From the sequence record OQ708376.1: 64,000 nucleotides of DNA. One strand, written 5' to 3'. Both the position numbers and the translations under genes were made by a program. Each line of letters starts with the position of its first letter. Within the stretch, counting starts at the first letter, position 1. This document shows, in pieces, positions 55,089-63,590 of the stretch. Under the pieces are notes generated by a model. The model worked only from the letters and a program-made list of their open reading frames with translations, searched no databases and was not told the DNA's origin.

Positions 55089-56054
55089 GTGAAAAAGCTT
55101 GATTTAAATACAATTGCCGAAGAAGTTCTGGATGAATGTTTTTCTAATGAAGAAGTCAACACACTAGAAGCCTTAGATTTCGTTGAAGATAAAGATGAAA
55201 ATGAAGGTAAAGTACAAAGCAGTTTCAAATATAATATTACACTTAAGCGACCACCAAATGTTTCCAATGAAGATCTAATTCGTGATATTCAAGCTGGTAT
55301 CAATGTAAAGAAAAACACTGAACTGTTAGTTCGTTACAATTATGGACTTATTATTGATGTAGCAAGTAAATGTACTTGTTATATCCCATTTGAAGATAAG
55401 ATTTCATATGGTGTTGAGGGGTTCATGAGAGCACTAAAAACCTTTGATCTTAATAAGAATGTGAAGTTCATTACCTATGCTTCTTCTAGTATTTACATGA
55501 CAGTTTATAACGAAAGTTCTGACGCTAACTATATGGTACACTTCCCACGTTATATGAGTGTTCATAAGATCAAAGTAAAAAGATTCTGTCAGGAATATAT
55601 GCGTAAACATGGTGTTCGCCCAACTCCTGAAATAATCTCAGAGGGTACTGGGATTGAGATTCAGCATGTTAATAACTGTTTGTTATTTCAAAGCGAATAC
55701 ACTTCTCTGGATGCACCATTAGACGGTGTTACCGATGGTACACTAGGTGACATTATTCATTCACCTGCTTCTGATTTTAACCTCAATGTTGATAGTATTC
55801 GTGCACCTTTACGTTATGCTATCAATGAACTGACTAACGAATTGAGTACTAAAGAACGTGAGATTATCCAGCGTGTTCATGGTCTAGGTGAATATGAACC
55901 TGAAACGCTTCGTGAGATTGCTGATAATGGTTTTGTTGATGATAATGGAAAATATGTTAAATCCCGTTCATCAATACACCGAAAGTACAGTGAAGCTATG
56001 CAAAAGCTTAAGAAGTTAGTACTTGCAAAAGGGTACGAATACGAAGATTTCTAA
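55089..56054 (+). CDS. RNA polymerase sigma70-family factor (regions 2-4)
   Basis: LLVRYNYGLI..VA, FEDKISYGVEGF.RA.KTFD...KFITYA, RPTPEII, SLDAPL, LSTKEREII..HGL...TLREIA; GTG start after AGGAG. Confidence 0.9.
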   Translation: MKKLDLNTIAEEVLDECFSNEEVNTLEALDFVEDKDENEGKVQSSFKYNITLKRPPNVSNEDLIRDIQAGINVKKNTELLVRYNYGLIIDVASKCTCYIPFEDKISYGVEGFMRALKTFDLNKNVKFITYASSSIYMTVYNESSDANYMVHFPRYMSVHKIKVKRFCQEYMRKHGVRPTPEIISEGTGIEIQHVNNCLLFQSEYTSLDAPLDGVTDGTLGDIIHSPASDFNLNVDSIRAPLRYAINELTNELSTKEREIIQRVHGLGEYEPETLREIADNGFVDDNGKYVKSRSSIHRKYSEAMQKLKKLVLAKGYEYEDF

Positions 56055-56060
56055 AGAACA

Positions 56061-56088
56061 AGGGTTGGCTTATGCCAACCTTTTTTTT
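56061..56088 (+). terminator. intrinsic terminator after the sigma gene
   Basis: AGGGTTGGC-TTAT-GCCAACCTT-TTTTTT. Confidence 0.85.
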
Positions 56089-56124
56089 ATGGGATGAAGT
56101 AAAAGTTTGTGATATAATTATCTT

Positions 56125-56598
56125 GTACAATTCTGTTGGCATGATATTCATGTACCTGATCCACTCGAAAACGTAGAGGGCAGTTGAGCAGTCCGACAGT
56201 GCGAACAGCAAAAGAAACCCGTTAGATGTGGGCATAGTTTGAACCCCTCACGGCAATGCGGCTGTATAAAGAACCACGTTAGGATAGCTGGTGGTTCCTT
56301 GATAGACATATAAGGATAACACCTTACGAATTATCTAAGGGAGAGTTATCGAATTTTGTACAGGAAAGTTGCGTCCAAAATTTGAGTACTCACATTAAGT
56401 ATTTGATTGCATAGATACTTAATGAAGATACACTATGTTTAAAAGTGTAGACCGTCATATGAAACTGAAGTAGAGAGAAACAGGATGACCCGCTTTCGCA
56501 CTCGTTATGAGTAATCTTCAATGCAATAGCTCTGATACCATCAGCGTCAAATTTCCCTCCTTGTGGGGGGAAGAAAAATCCCTTCCTCAAATCCCGTC
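56125..56598 (+). ncRNA. candidate large structured ncRNA (~470 nt)
   Basis: extended -10 TGATATAAT (56110-56118); no + ORF of 60 aa or more; more than 10 complementary helices including a 5'-to-internal long-range stem. Confidence 0.65.
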
Positions 56599-56612
56599 AA
56601 TATTAAAAGTCC

Positions 56613-56641
56613 TTGACAGTTATTAATCATTCGCGTAGAAT
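56613..56641 (+). promoter_or_regulatory. sigma70 promoter
   Basis: TTGACA-17-TAGAAT. Confidence 0.75.
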
Positions 56642-56705
56642 ACGTAGTATTAGAAGCGAACAGACATCTCGAAGAGATGGATGATTAACCATTAAGGAAT
56701 ATCAA

Positions 56706-56915
56706 ATGAATTCAGTAATCTTTTTAGTAGTCGCTTTCTCTGTTAATTCCGGTGTACAAATAACCCCAATGAATTCCATGAATCAATGCATAGCAGTACG
56801 TGATAGTACATACGAACAAGTAAACAAAGATATTTGGATTACAGTTAGTAAAGAACAAATGTGGTGTTACAATAGTAATACTAACACAAAGCTTATTGTA
56901 GGACAAACTCAATGA
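56706..56915 (+). CDS. small exported-type protein with two Cys
   Basis: hydrophobic N-terminus; S..QC...WCY; resembles 60474-60674. Confidence 0.7.
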   Translation: MNSVIFLVVAFSVNSGVQITPMNSMNQCIAVRDSTYEQVNKDIWITVSKEQMWCYNSNTNTKLIVGQTQ

Positions 56916-57142
56916 GTTATGGCGTTCGTTTTGAGATTCGTTCTATTGTCATCAATGCAGAGAAACAAGTATCGTTGGATGGTGATATACGTGAAATTTA
57001 TCTATCATGTATCCGTGCGAAATCTGAAGCAGATGCCTTAGTACAAATGTATAGTTTTAACTTTTCAAATGGATTCTATTTGGTACGAGTTATTGAAGTG
57101 AAAAAAGTACTTATTGGTTGTAGCATAGAAGGATTAATGTAA
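56912..57142 (+). CDS. small hypothetical protein (A...DA family)
   Basis: IRAKSEADALVQM. Confidence 0.7.
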   Translation: MSYGVRFEIRSIVINAEKQVSLDGDIREIYLSCIRAKSEADALVQMYSFNFSNGFYLVRVIEVKKVLIGCSIEGLM

Positions 57143-57143
57143 A

Positions 57144-57932
57144 ATGAGCACTATAGATGAACTGATTCGACGGAATTCAAAATATTACCAACCATCAGAA
57201 ATTGTAGGTAACATTACCAAATCAGAGTTTGGTCCAAATACTCGAAAACTCATTCATGTAATGTCACGTGATGGCTTTAAATGTGATTGTTGCGGTGAAT
57301 CTAATGTAGTATTCACTTTACACAAGCACAGTACTAAAGATCGTTATAAATTCAGACCTTATGTACTTAAAGGGAAACGCCTTGTACGCATGACGTTAGA
57401 CCATAATGTACTGGACTGTCTTCAGGGCGGTAATGATAAAGAGAACATGACTGCACTGTGTGAAGATTGTAACGCATTACGCCAGCATAAGTTTGCTGAA
57501 TACAGTGAGTTTAAACACTGGTATAATAACGCGGATCGTTCAATCGAGCCTGACGTTAACTACTGCTTCATTGAGTACATTAAGAATGCCAAAGATACAT
57601 ACATTCTTAAATCAATGTCACCTATTACCGTGTTTCCTGAGAACCTATTCACTACATTAAAGAATAGTTTTATTGTAGGTGATATTGATGCATTCAAGTA
57701 TTTTGACAAAGGTGCAAAACATTTTGAAATTCAATGTCTTAGTACTGCACTATGTGAACTCATTAAAATTTACATAAAAGAGTATTTGGGTATTGACAAT
57801 GTACGTGTACCAGAGTATACTTTTTCTATTGAATTCGATTGTGAATCAATCAAAGAGTTTGGAATTCTTTTCAATAAACAAATAGAACTTGCAATTCAAA
57901 ACGAAATCAAGTACTATACTACTAACATTTAA
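57144..57932 (+). CDS. HNH endonuclease with Zn finger
   Basis: RDGFKCDCCG...TLDHNV...GGNDKENMTALCEDCN. Confidence 0.8.
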   Translation: MSTIDELIRRNSKYYQPSEIVGNITKSEFGPNTRKLIHVMSRDGFKCDCCGESNVVFTLHKHSTKDRYKFRPYVLKGKRLVRMTLDHNVLDCLQGGNDKENMTALCEDCNALRQHKFAEYSEFKHWYNNADRSIEPDVNYCFIEYIKNAKDTYILKSMSPITVFPENLFTTLKNSFIVGDIDAFKYFDKGAKHFEIQCLSTALCELIKIYIKEYLGIDNVRVPEYTFSIEFDCESIKEFGILFNKQIELAIQNEIKYYTTNI

Positions 57933-57947
57933 TCAGAGGAAATTATC

Positions 57948-58130
57948 ATGCAAATTATCATTCTTATCGTTGGCATCATGCTGGGTGTTTACGGTCACTC
58001 CTGGATGAACGAGAAGTTTCCTAATACGCGTCCTGAGTATTGCAGTTCTAATGTATTCCAGAATGGTGAGAAACCAAAGGAAAGCATTGGTAAAAAGCTG
58101 GATAAAGTACTTGATGTGATCAATGAATAA
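57948..58130 (+). CDS. small membrane/secreted protein
   Basis: GAGGA RBS; N-terminal TM. Confidence 0.7.
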   Translation: MQIIILIVGIMLGVYGHSWMNEKFPNTRPEYCSSNVFQNGEKPKESIGKKLDKVLDVINE

Positions 58131-58341
58131 GGGCCATAAAATGTTTAAACCGAATTCCAATGTTGGTAAGAAAGTTCAATTACTTGAAGATGTATCCACC
58201 ATGAGTGGAATTTTCCCAAGAGGTCACATCATGACTATTATTGCCGAAACATCCCGTGGGTGGGATTTGGAAGATGCTGATGGTAATCGCATCCTTGAGG
58301 CTGGATTCTATGGTCATCGTGAATATAAAATCGTTGATTAA
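58123..58341 (+). CDS. hypothetical SH3-like protein
   Basis: VGKKVQLL...RGHIMTII...RGWDLED. Confidence 0.65.
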   Translation: MNKGHKMFKPNSNVGKKVQLLEDVSTMSGIFPRGHIMTIIAETSRGWDLEDADGNRILEAGFYGHREYKIVD

Positions 58342-58350
58342 GGATACAAC

Positions 58351-58434
58351 ATGACTTTAGAGATTGTCTTTGGTATTGTTAGCTTAGTCGTCTGTGTGGG
58401 TTGGTTTGGGTATCTGATGATTTTTAGTGATTAA
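58351..58434 (+). CDS. hydrophobic micro-ORF (27 aa)
   Basis: TAAGGA RBS; MTLEIVFGIVSLVVCVGWFGYLMIFSD. Confidence 0.5.
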   Translation: MTLEIVFGIVSLVVCVGWFGYLMIFSD

Positions 58435-58437
58435 TAC

Positions 58438-58465
58438 TTGACATAAGATATCAGTACTGTATAAT
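58438..58465 (+). promoter_or_regulatory. promoter with CAGTACTG abutting the -10, 16-bp spacer
   Basis: TTGACA-TAAGATATCAGTACTG-TATAAT. Confidence 0.75.
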
Positions 58466-58510
58466 GTTTATATCAAACGAAATCCACTTTAACAAATGAT
58501 AGGAAATATT

Positions 58511-58789
58511 ATGTCTTTTTCTAAAGAAGAACGTGACCTTATTAAAAAAGCAATCTGGTTTTATGCTAATGAAGGGAAGTGCGATGAAGAAAAAGCACGT
58601 GAACTGTGTAATATCTTTGAGAAGAAACAAGATCTAAAAGTGTATCGTATCCGTGATTTGGATGAAGGGGATCGTATTGTCCTAGCTGAAACAAAAGAAG
58701 AAGCAGAACAAATCTTCACTGATAAAAACGAAAATCCACATTGGATGGAAGAAGTCTGTGATGTTAAAAAAGGTACTTATATCGATTGA
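58511..58789 (+). CDS. hypothetical protein
   Basis: AGGA then ATG 58511. Confidence 0.7.
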   Translation: MSFSKEERDLIKKAIWFYANEGKCDEEKARELCNIFEKKQDLKVYRIRDLDEGDRIVLAETKEEAEQIFTDKNENPHWMEEVCDVKKGTYID

Positions 58790-58884
58790 CAGTACTGAAT
58801 AATAGCAGTATTATGTTTTATATAAAAGGGAATGCAGTGAAAGGAAAGACAGCATAATCGTACTCGTCACTGCGTTCCCGCCCT
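58786..58884 (+). promoter_or_regulatory. sigma70 promoter followed by a 13-bp leader hairpin
   Basis: TTGACA-17-TATTAT; GGGAATGCAGTGA/TCACTGCGTTCCC then GCCCTTTT. Confidence 0.65.
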
Positions 58885-58908
58885 TTTAAATTAAATGAGG
58901 AATTAACT

Positions 58909-59217
58909 ATGTTTCAAACTAACACTCAAGGTTTTGTAATCATCGATTTGAATCAAAACAGCGGTCATTGGATGAAACCTACTGACGCATGTATGCAGTT
59001 TGATTTCTTAGGTTACAAAATTAGTGTAAGTACTGGTGCTTCTGTACTGAGAGGTGGTTGTATCGTTGAACATCTGGTAACTGATCCAGAAGGTCGTGAG
59101 TATGAAATCGCAGGTTCAGTACAAGATGCCATTATGTTTGTATGTCAGCGTGAAATGAATGGTTCGAATTCAAATGCACTGACTCATGCTCTTTCTCAAG
59201 AAGTGGAGGTTCGTTAA
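58909..59217 (+). CDS. hypothetical protein
   Basis: GAGGA RBS. Confidence 0.75.
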   Translation: MFQTNTQGFVIIDLNQNSGHWMKPTDACMQFDFLGYKISVSTGASVLRGGCIVEHLVTDPEGREYEIAGSVQDAIMFVCQREMNGSNSNALTHALSQEVEVR

Positions 59218-59462
59218 TGAAATACATTGTAGCAGTACTCGTCGCATTTCTACTCACTGCATGTGATGCTTCTACCAAAGAACGTACAAGTGATTTTGTT
59301 CTACCTGCTGAATTAAAAGAAGCAGGGTGTAAGATTTATCGTATGCAACAAGATGGTGCTGGTGCGACTTTATACACTGTGTACTGTCCTAATGCAAATA
59401 CAAGTACTGGATACACTAGCGGTAAAACACGAATCAACACTTCCGTAATTCATGGAGAATAA
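59217..59462 (+). CDS. putative lipoprotein
   Basis: lipobox LTAC after a hydrophobic signal. Confidence 0.75.
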   Translation: MKYIVAVLVAFLLTACDASTKERTSDFVLPAELKEAGCKIYRMQQDGAGATLYTVYCPNANTSTGYTSGKTRINTSVIHGE

Positions 59463-59464
59463 CA

Positions 59465-59833
59465 ATGAGCCTTGATACAACACGTGCAGCAGATTTATTA
59501 ACTCGTCTGAATGATGAAGAATATCTTGCTGAGATAAAGTACAAGCTTGACAAACTTGTTCGAAGTGCTGAAGTAATTGAAGTTGAAGGTCACTTACCGA
59601 TGGATCAATACCATAGGTTCAAGGAAGATATGGTTTATTATCCTAATGAAATTTGGATTGAGTGGCAACATTGGACTAACAAAACTCTTCGCATTGAAGG
59701 GTATTGTGTGAAGTATGAAAGTTCACCTGGTGATGTTACAAAAACTCTATCAATTTGGTGTACAAAAACAAATGAACTCGTTGAGGTGAATTTGAATTAT
59801 ATGAATGGATTCCGTTGGGGTGATGTTAAATGA
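59465..59833 (+). CDS. hypothetical protein
   Basis: GGAG RBS. Confidence 0.7.
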   Translation: MSLDTTRAADLLTRLNDEEYLAEIKYKLDKLVRSAEVIEVEGHLPMDQYHRFKEDMVYYPNEIWIEWQHWTNKTLRIEGYCVKYESSPGDVTKTLSIWCTKTNELVEVNLNYMNGFRWGDVK

Positions 59834-60105
59834 TTAAAAAACTCTTGACTGGAATCATTGTGTGCAGTACAATGTTTCTTACAGCATGTAATGATGACGG
59901 CAGGTTTAGTGCAAAAGACTTAGTTCGTCAGGATTGTACATTCACAGGTAAGTCTTTTATTAACGAGTATGAAATATGTACACAATCAGGTCGTATCTGT
60001 GGTGGTTGGGAAAAACGTCAGGAGCGATTGTATGTATATGAATGCCCTGGACATCACAACAAAGTACTAAGCACACACAAACTTGTTTATGATAAGGTTG
60101 AATAA
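59830..60105 (+). CDS. putative lipoprotein
   Basis: lipobox LTAC; additional Cys residues. Confidence 0.75.
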   Translation: MIKKLLTGIIVCSTMFLTACNDDGRFSAKDLVRQDCTFTGKSFINEYEICTQSGRICGGWEKRQERLYVYECPGHHNKVLSTHKLVYDKVE

Positions 60106-60320
60106 TGACTACCAATGAAATGATGCAGGTTATTTGGGATAAAGGTTGTGATATTAAAATCACTAGTACTGATGTTCGTGTATTCAAAACTGAATATATG
60201 GAGTACTTGGACCTTGATACTTATAATAATATTGTATCAATTGAACACAAAGGTGCAGTACTGGAAACCATTGACGTAGTACTCAAGAAAGCTACCGACC
60301 TATTAGGAGTGGCAGTGTGA
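60105..60320 (+). CDS. hypothetical protein
   Basis: TAATG coupling. Confidence 0.7.
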   Translation: MTTNEMMQVIWDKGCDIKITSTDVRVFKTEYMEYLDLDTYNNIVSIEHKGAVLETIDVVLKKATDLLGVAV

Positions 60321-60463
60321 ATAACAAAGAGTGGGAAGATTACCGCAAGAAGTGCAGGGAGTTTGATAAAGAACTTACTGGTACAGTGAATGCAGTAATG
60401 TGGGTATCTGTAATTATTGCAGTTCTTGCGTTGGGTGCTATTATTATTAATAAATTATTCTAA
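60317..60463 (+). CDS. small C-terminally anchored membrane protein (48 aa)
   Basis: AGGAG, GTGA coupling. Confidence 0.55.
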   Translation: MNNKEWEDYRKKCREFDKELTGTVNAVMWVSVIIAVLALGAIIINKLF

Positions 60464-60473
60464 GGCGAATATC

Positions 60474-60674
60474 ATGTTTACTTTATATCTCGCAGTAGTT
60501 CTCACCAATGGTGAAATCACTCGTACTATTGGTGAAGGTGTATATAAAACACCAGACCAGTGCTACTCTGCCACTCATTGGCCTCGCGATAGTGGGGATG
60601 AAACTCGCACTGAATTCAAATGCATGAAAGTAAAAGGTGATTTTGTTAACCTTAAGGTTATCGAGGCGAAATAA
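60474..60674 (+). CDS. small exported-type protein with two Cys
   Basis: MFTLYLAVVLTNG...TPDQC...FKCM. Confidence 0.65.
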   Translation: MFTLYLAVVLTNGEITRTIGEGVYKTPDQCYSATHWPRDSGDETRTEFKCMKVKGDFVNLKVIEAK

Positions 60675-61192
60675 TGGATATTAATGAGTTGTTGAAATTA
60701 GTGTTTAATCGTGAACGCCGCGATACAAGACCAATTGAATATCAAGATGTGATACGCATTGAAACTGATTTCTGTTATGGTAAAACAACTCATGACCTTT
60801 TGAATCTCTCTGGAAAACGCTATGCTGATGTTTGTTTTTCAGAGAGAAGTGATGGTTCAGAAATAACGAGTACTGATATTGTTTGTTACGCACGCAGTGC
60901 TGATAAATCTTATGAAATAGAACTTATATATTCCCCTAGTTCTAAAACAAATCATCACCGCCATATTTTATATGATGTTTACACACCACCTGGTATTGCT
61001 GAATATTTTGTTATTGATTATAGTACTGAAGAAAATGTGTTTCAACAAAGTTTGATTCATAACTTTGAGGTGAATGATCCATTAGTACCAAAGTTGTTCA
61101 AACTACTTGACACCATCGATGTTGATTTTGAATTTGTTATGTGCATTAGAACTTCTTTATTCAATGAATTCATGGAACTTTTTAATATATGA
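60674..61192 (+). CDS. EExxFQ-family protein
   Basis: STEENVFQQSLIHNF. Confidence 0.75.
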   Translation: MDINELLKLVFNRERRDTRPIEYQDVIRIETDFCYGKTTHDLLNLSGKRYADVCFSERSDGSEITSTDIVCYARSADKSYEIELIYSPSSKTNHHRHILYDVYTPPGIAEYFVIDYSTEENVFQQSLIHNFEVNDPLVPKLFKLLDTIDVDFEFVMCIRTSLFNEFMELFNI

Positions 61193-61410
61193 ATAGATAC
61201 TATGTTGTGTATGAACACGTCTCTGAATTTAATAACATACGCGGGTTTTCCAGAGTAGTCACCAAGATGGATGTATTCATTCGTGCTCTTAGTGAAGTAG
61301 ATGCACTGTTTAAATTGTTTGATGAAATTACAAAGTATAACACACCTAAAACACACCGCTATGTGGAAACTGTACATAGCATTATGCTAACTGAAAGTGA
61401 TGAGGAATGA
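61189..61410 (+). CDS. small hypothetical protein (A...DA family)
   Basis: FIRALSEVDALFKL. Confidence 0.7.
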   Translation: MNRYYVVYEHVSEFNNIRGFSRVVTKMDVFIRALSEVDALFKLFDEITKYNTPKTHRYVETVHSIMLTESDEE

Positions 61411-61413
61411 TAA

Positions 61414-61632
61414 ATGAATTTATATCTAGTTGAAGGTTTAGTACAAGTCTATAAACCAGAAGGTGAAGGTCAACGTTTTTCACACGTAGAAGAATTTAAG
61501 TACGTTGTACAGGCTGATGGTCAGTACGATGCGGAAATTCAAGTAGATGAATCATTCCGTAAGAAAAATGAAATTGGTAAATTTCAATACCAGAACTTAC
61601 AATATAAAGTATGGCCTAGTATAAATGACTAA
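61414..61632 (+). CDS. small hypothetical protein (A...DA family)
   Basis: VVQADGQYDAEIQV. Confidence 0.7.
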   Translation: MNLYLVEGLVQVYKPEGEGQRFSHVEEFKYVVQADGQYDAEIQVDESFRKKNEIGKFQYQNLQYKVWPSIND

Positions 61633-61840
61633 GATGTGGTGGTGTCATGGTGTATATAACGTGTATGTAAATGGTAGATATAAAATGTCTAGTACCTATG
61701 CAAGACGTGTTAATGCGAACAACCAAGTTGATGCTGCTTGTGAGATCATTGAGTGGTATGCTGAGTTCAATGCACCTGACTATATGTACGAAATAGTTAC
61801 AATAAATGTTGTACAAATCGATACATCTTTGATACAATAA
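61625..61840 (+). CDS. small hypothetical protein (A...DA family)
   Basis: RVNANNQVDAACEI. Confidence 0.65.
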   Translation: MTKMWWCHGVYNVYVNGRYKMSSTYARRVNANNQVDAACEIIEWYAEFNAPDYMYEIVTINVVQIDTSLIQ

Positions 61841-61872
61841 CCACATCAAAAAAATTGCATCTGAGGATACTT

Positions 61873-62535
61873 ATGTTAGTTAATCTTAATTTCATCACTT
61901 CACCTGACTGGGCATTACGTGGAGTTTCTTTAAACTTCAAGGAAACTATGTTTGACTACATTGGTGAGTGTACATTGGTAAATGCAACTTTTGATCCAAA
62001 TCATCCGTTTTGGGCTGAAATTCATGATCCAAATGTAAACAACAATACATCTGTTATGACTATTGTCCAGACTAAACATGCAGGTATCCTTGCAGGTTAT
62101 CGACCTGCACATGCAATTGAACACTTCACTGATTACGATGTCGTGGATGAATACCCAATGATCCATGAAGATGGAAGTCTATACACATCTGAAGACTTCC
62201 GTGCTATCTTTAATAGTACTGATGATATTCTACCAAGTGGACGTCCACGTCCTGAGTCTTATCTTATGCATCCATCTTATGGTGTAGCAGATACGCTTGA
62301 ACAGATTATGAATAAGTACAAGAACCTAATTGAAGGTCCAGAAGAAATTGTCCTGTGCTATCACCCAGTACTGAAGTCTGAACAACCAAAGGATGGTGGA
62401 TGGCGTTGGCATAAGAATGGTGAGTATATCGGTACTAAACGAAGTAAAGAACGTTTTGAGTACTTGTATGATGAGCCAGATGTTGATGTGGTTTTGTGTT
62501 ATAATTTTATTAAGGTGAAAAAGAAATGTATCTAG
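61873..62535 (+). CDS. hypothetical phage protein with GWRWHK motif
   Basis: GAGGA then ATG 61873; YGVADT.EQ, QPKDGGWRWHKNGEYIG. Confidence 0.8.
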   Translation: MLVNLNFITSPDWALRGVSLNFKETMFDYIGECTLVNATFDPNHPFWAEIHDPNVNNNTSVMTIVQTKHAGILAGYRPAHAIEHFTDYDVVDEYPMIHEDGSLYTSEDFRAIFNSTDDILPSGRPRPESYLMHPSYGVADTLEQIMNKYKNLIEGPEEIVLCYHPVLKSEQPKDGGWRWHKNGEYIGTKRSKERFEYLYDEPDVDVVLCYNFIKVKKKCI

Positions 62536-62768
62536 TACTAAGTTTTGTTGTTGCACTATTGTTTATGTTCTATCCTACACTAGTGGCATTAGCCACTAGA
62601 CGAACGATGGTAGATCTCACTACTGTATTCTTGCTAAACGTGGCATTAGTACTGGTGTCTATTATCATTCCAGTGAGCTTTACAGTTATTGATATTATTT
62701 CGGTATTACTCTTCGTGTTAAGTTATCTTATGCTTATTGAAGAAACAAATGTTGACAAACGTTCGTAG
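62526..62768 (+). CDS. three-TM membrane protein
   Basis: hydrophobic; YPTLVALATRRT resembles Imm-like superinfection proteins only loosely. Confidence 0.65.
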   Translation: MYLVLSFVVALLFMFYPTLVALATRRTMVDLTTVFLLNVALVLVSIIIPVSFTVIDIISVLLFVLSYLMLIEETNVDKRS

Positions 62769-62779
62769 TACTGTATAAT
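62752..62779 (+). promoter_or_regulatory. promoter with AGTACTG abutting the -10, 16-bp spacer
   Basis: TTGACA-AACGTTCGTAGTACTG-TATAAT. Confidence 0.75.
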
Positions 62780-62825
62780 GGTTCCTGTAGTCTGAAACTT
62801 AACACTTAAACTTGAGGTAAAAAAT

Positions 62826-63152
62826 ATGCTATCAGTACTAATTTCAATTCCGTCTTTAATTCTGATTTGGCTTCTGGTTTACGAATGCTTTATTACTGAT
62901 GATAATGATAAAAAAGAGTTCTCTGAGTTGTTTATGCTTGATTCACCGATTGTGCGTATTTTCTATACAGTAGTTGTGGTTTCAGTAATTGTATGGGTTT
63001 TGAGTTTTATCTTCCCACTCGGTGCAGTAGTTAAAACTTTGGATTTAGTTGAGAACTTTGTTGCAATTATGTGGCTAATCAAAGCACTATTTGCAGGAAA
63101 TGTTAAAATTTGGATTGATATTATCAAATTCAAGTTCACGAATAAGATGTAA
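62826..63152 (+). CDS. membrane protein
   Basis: GAGGT RBS; three hydrophobic segments. Confidence 0.75.
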   Translation: MLSVLISIPSLILIWLLVYECFITDDNDKKEFSELFMLDSPIVRIFYTVVVVSVIVWVLSFIFPLGAVVKTLDLVENFVAIMWLIKALFAGNVKIWIDIIKFKFTNKM

Positions 63153-63176
63153 CAGTGAAAATATCTCTATAGTATT

Positions 63177-63213
63177 AAATACTTCTGTACATATATATAG
63201 TACAGAAGTATTT
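63177..63213. repeat. 14-bp perfect inverted repeat
   Basis: AAATACTTCTGTAC-ATATATATA-GTACAGAAGTATTT. Confidence 0.85.
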
Positions 63214-63230
63214 CTCGTTAGAGGTTTGTT

Positions 63231-63590
63231 ATGAAGAGTTATATAAAATTAATAGCACTTGTGTGTGCATTATTTTCATGTTTTAGTTATGGTGCAGCAG
63301 CAGAAACATATTGTCGTAGTACTAAGGGAACGTGGCATGTATTGACTAACGACCCTAGAAATGGTAAAAATATAGTTGTTGATGGTGTGATTTATCGTTT
63401 TAAAGTAGAAAGTATTATCGGTAATAAAAAAATCTCGACTTATAGAGATGATTCTGGTACATTAGCAAACGTAATATTAATTGTAGACCCAAGAACTGGT
63501 AATGGTGATATCTATATAGTAATTTACTTGGACTCATCGGTACGCCGTGACCTAGATATAGATAAATTGAACTTACACTGTGAAATATAG
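63231..63590 (+). CDS. putative exported protein
   Basis: signal-peptide-like N-terminus ending GAAA. Confidence 0.75.
   Translation: MKSYIKLIALVCALFSCFSYGAAAETYCRSTKGTWHVLTNDPRNGKNIVVDGVIYRFKVESIIGNKKISTYRDDSGTLANVILIVDPRTGNGDIYIVIYLDSSVRRDLDIDKLNLHCEI

Noticed and set aside
56154-56182. ACCTGATC...CGTAG resembles the 3' half of a TPP riboswitch
   Set aside because: No P5 hairpin, no upstream GGGG...CTGAGA half and no downstream thiamine gene
56362-56376. AGGAAAGT resembles RNase P CR-I; the surrounding hairpin resembles group II intron D5
   Set aside because: No downstream CR-V complement for P4; no AGC/CGC triad or proper D5 geometry; no interrupted gene or RT
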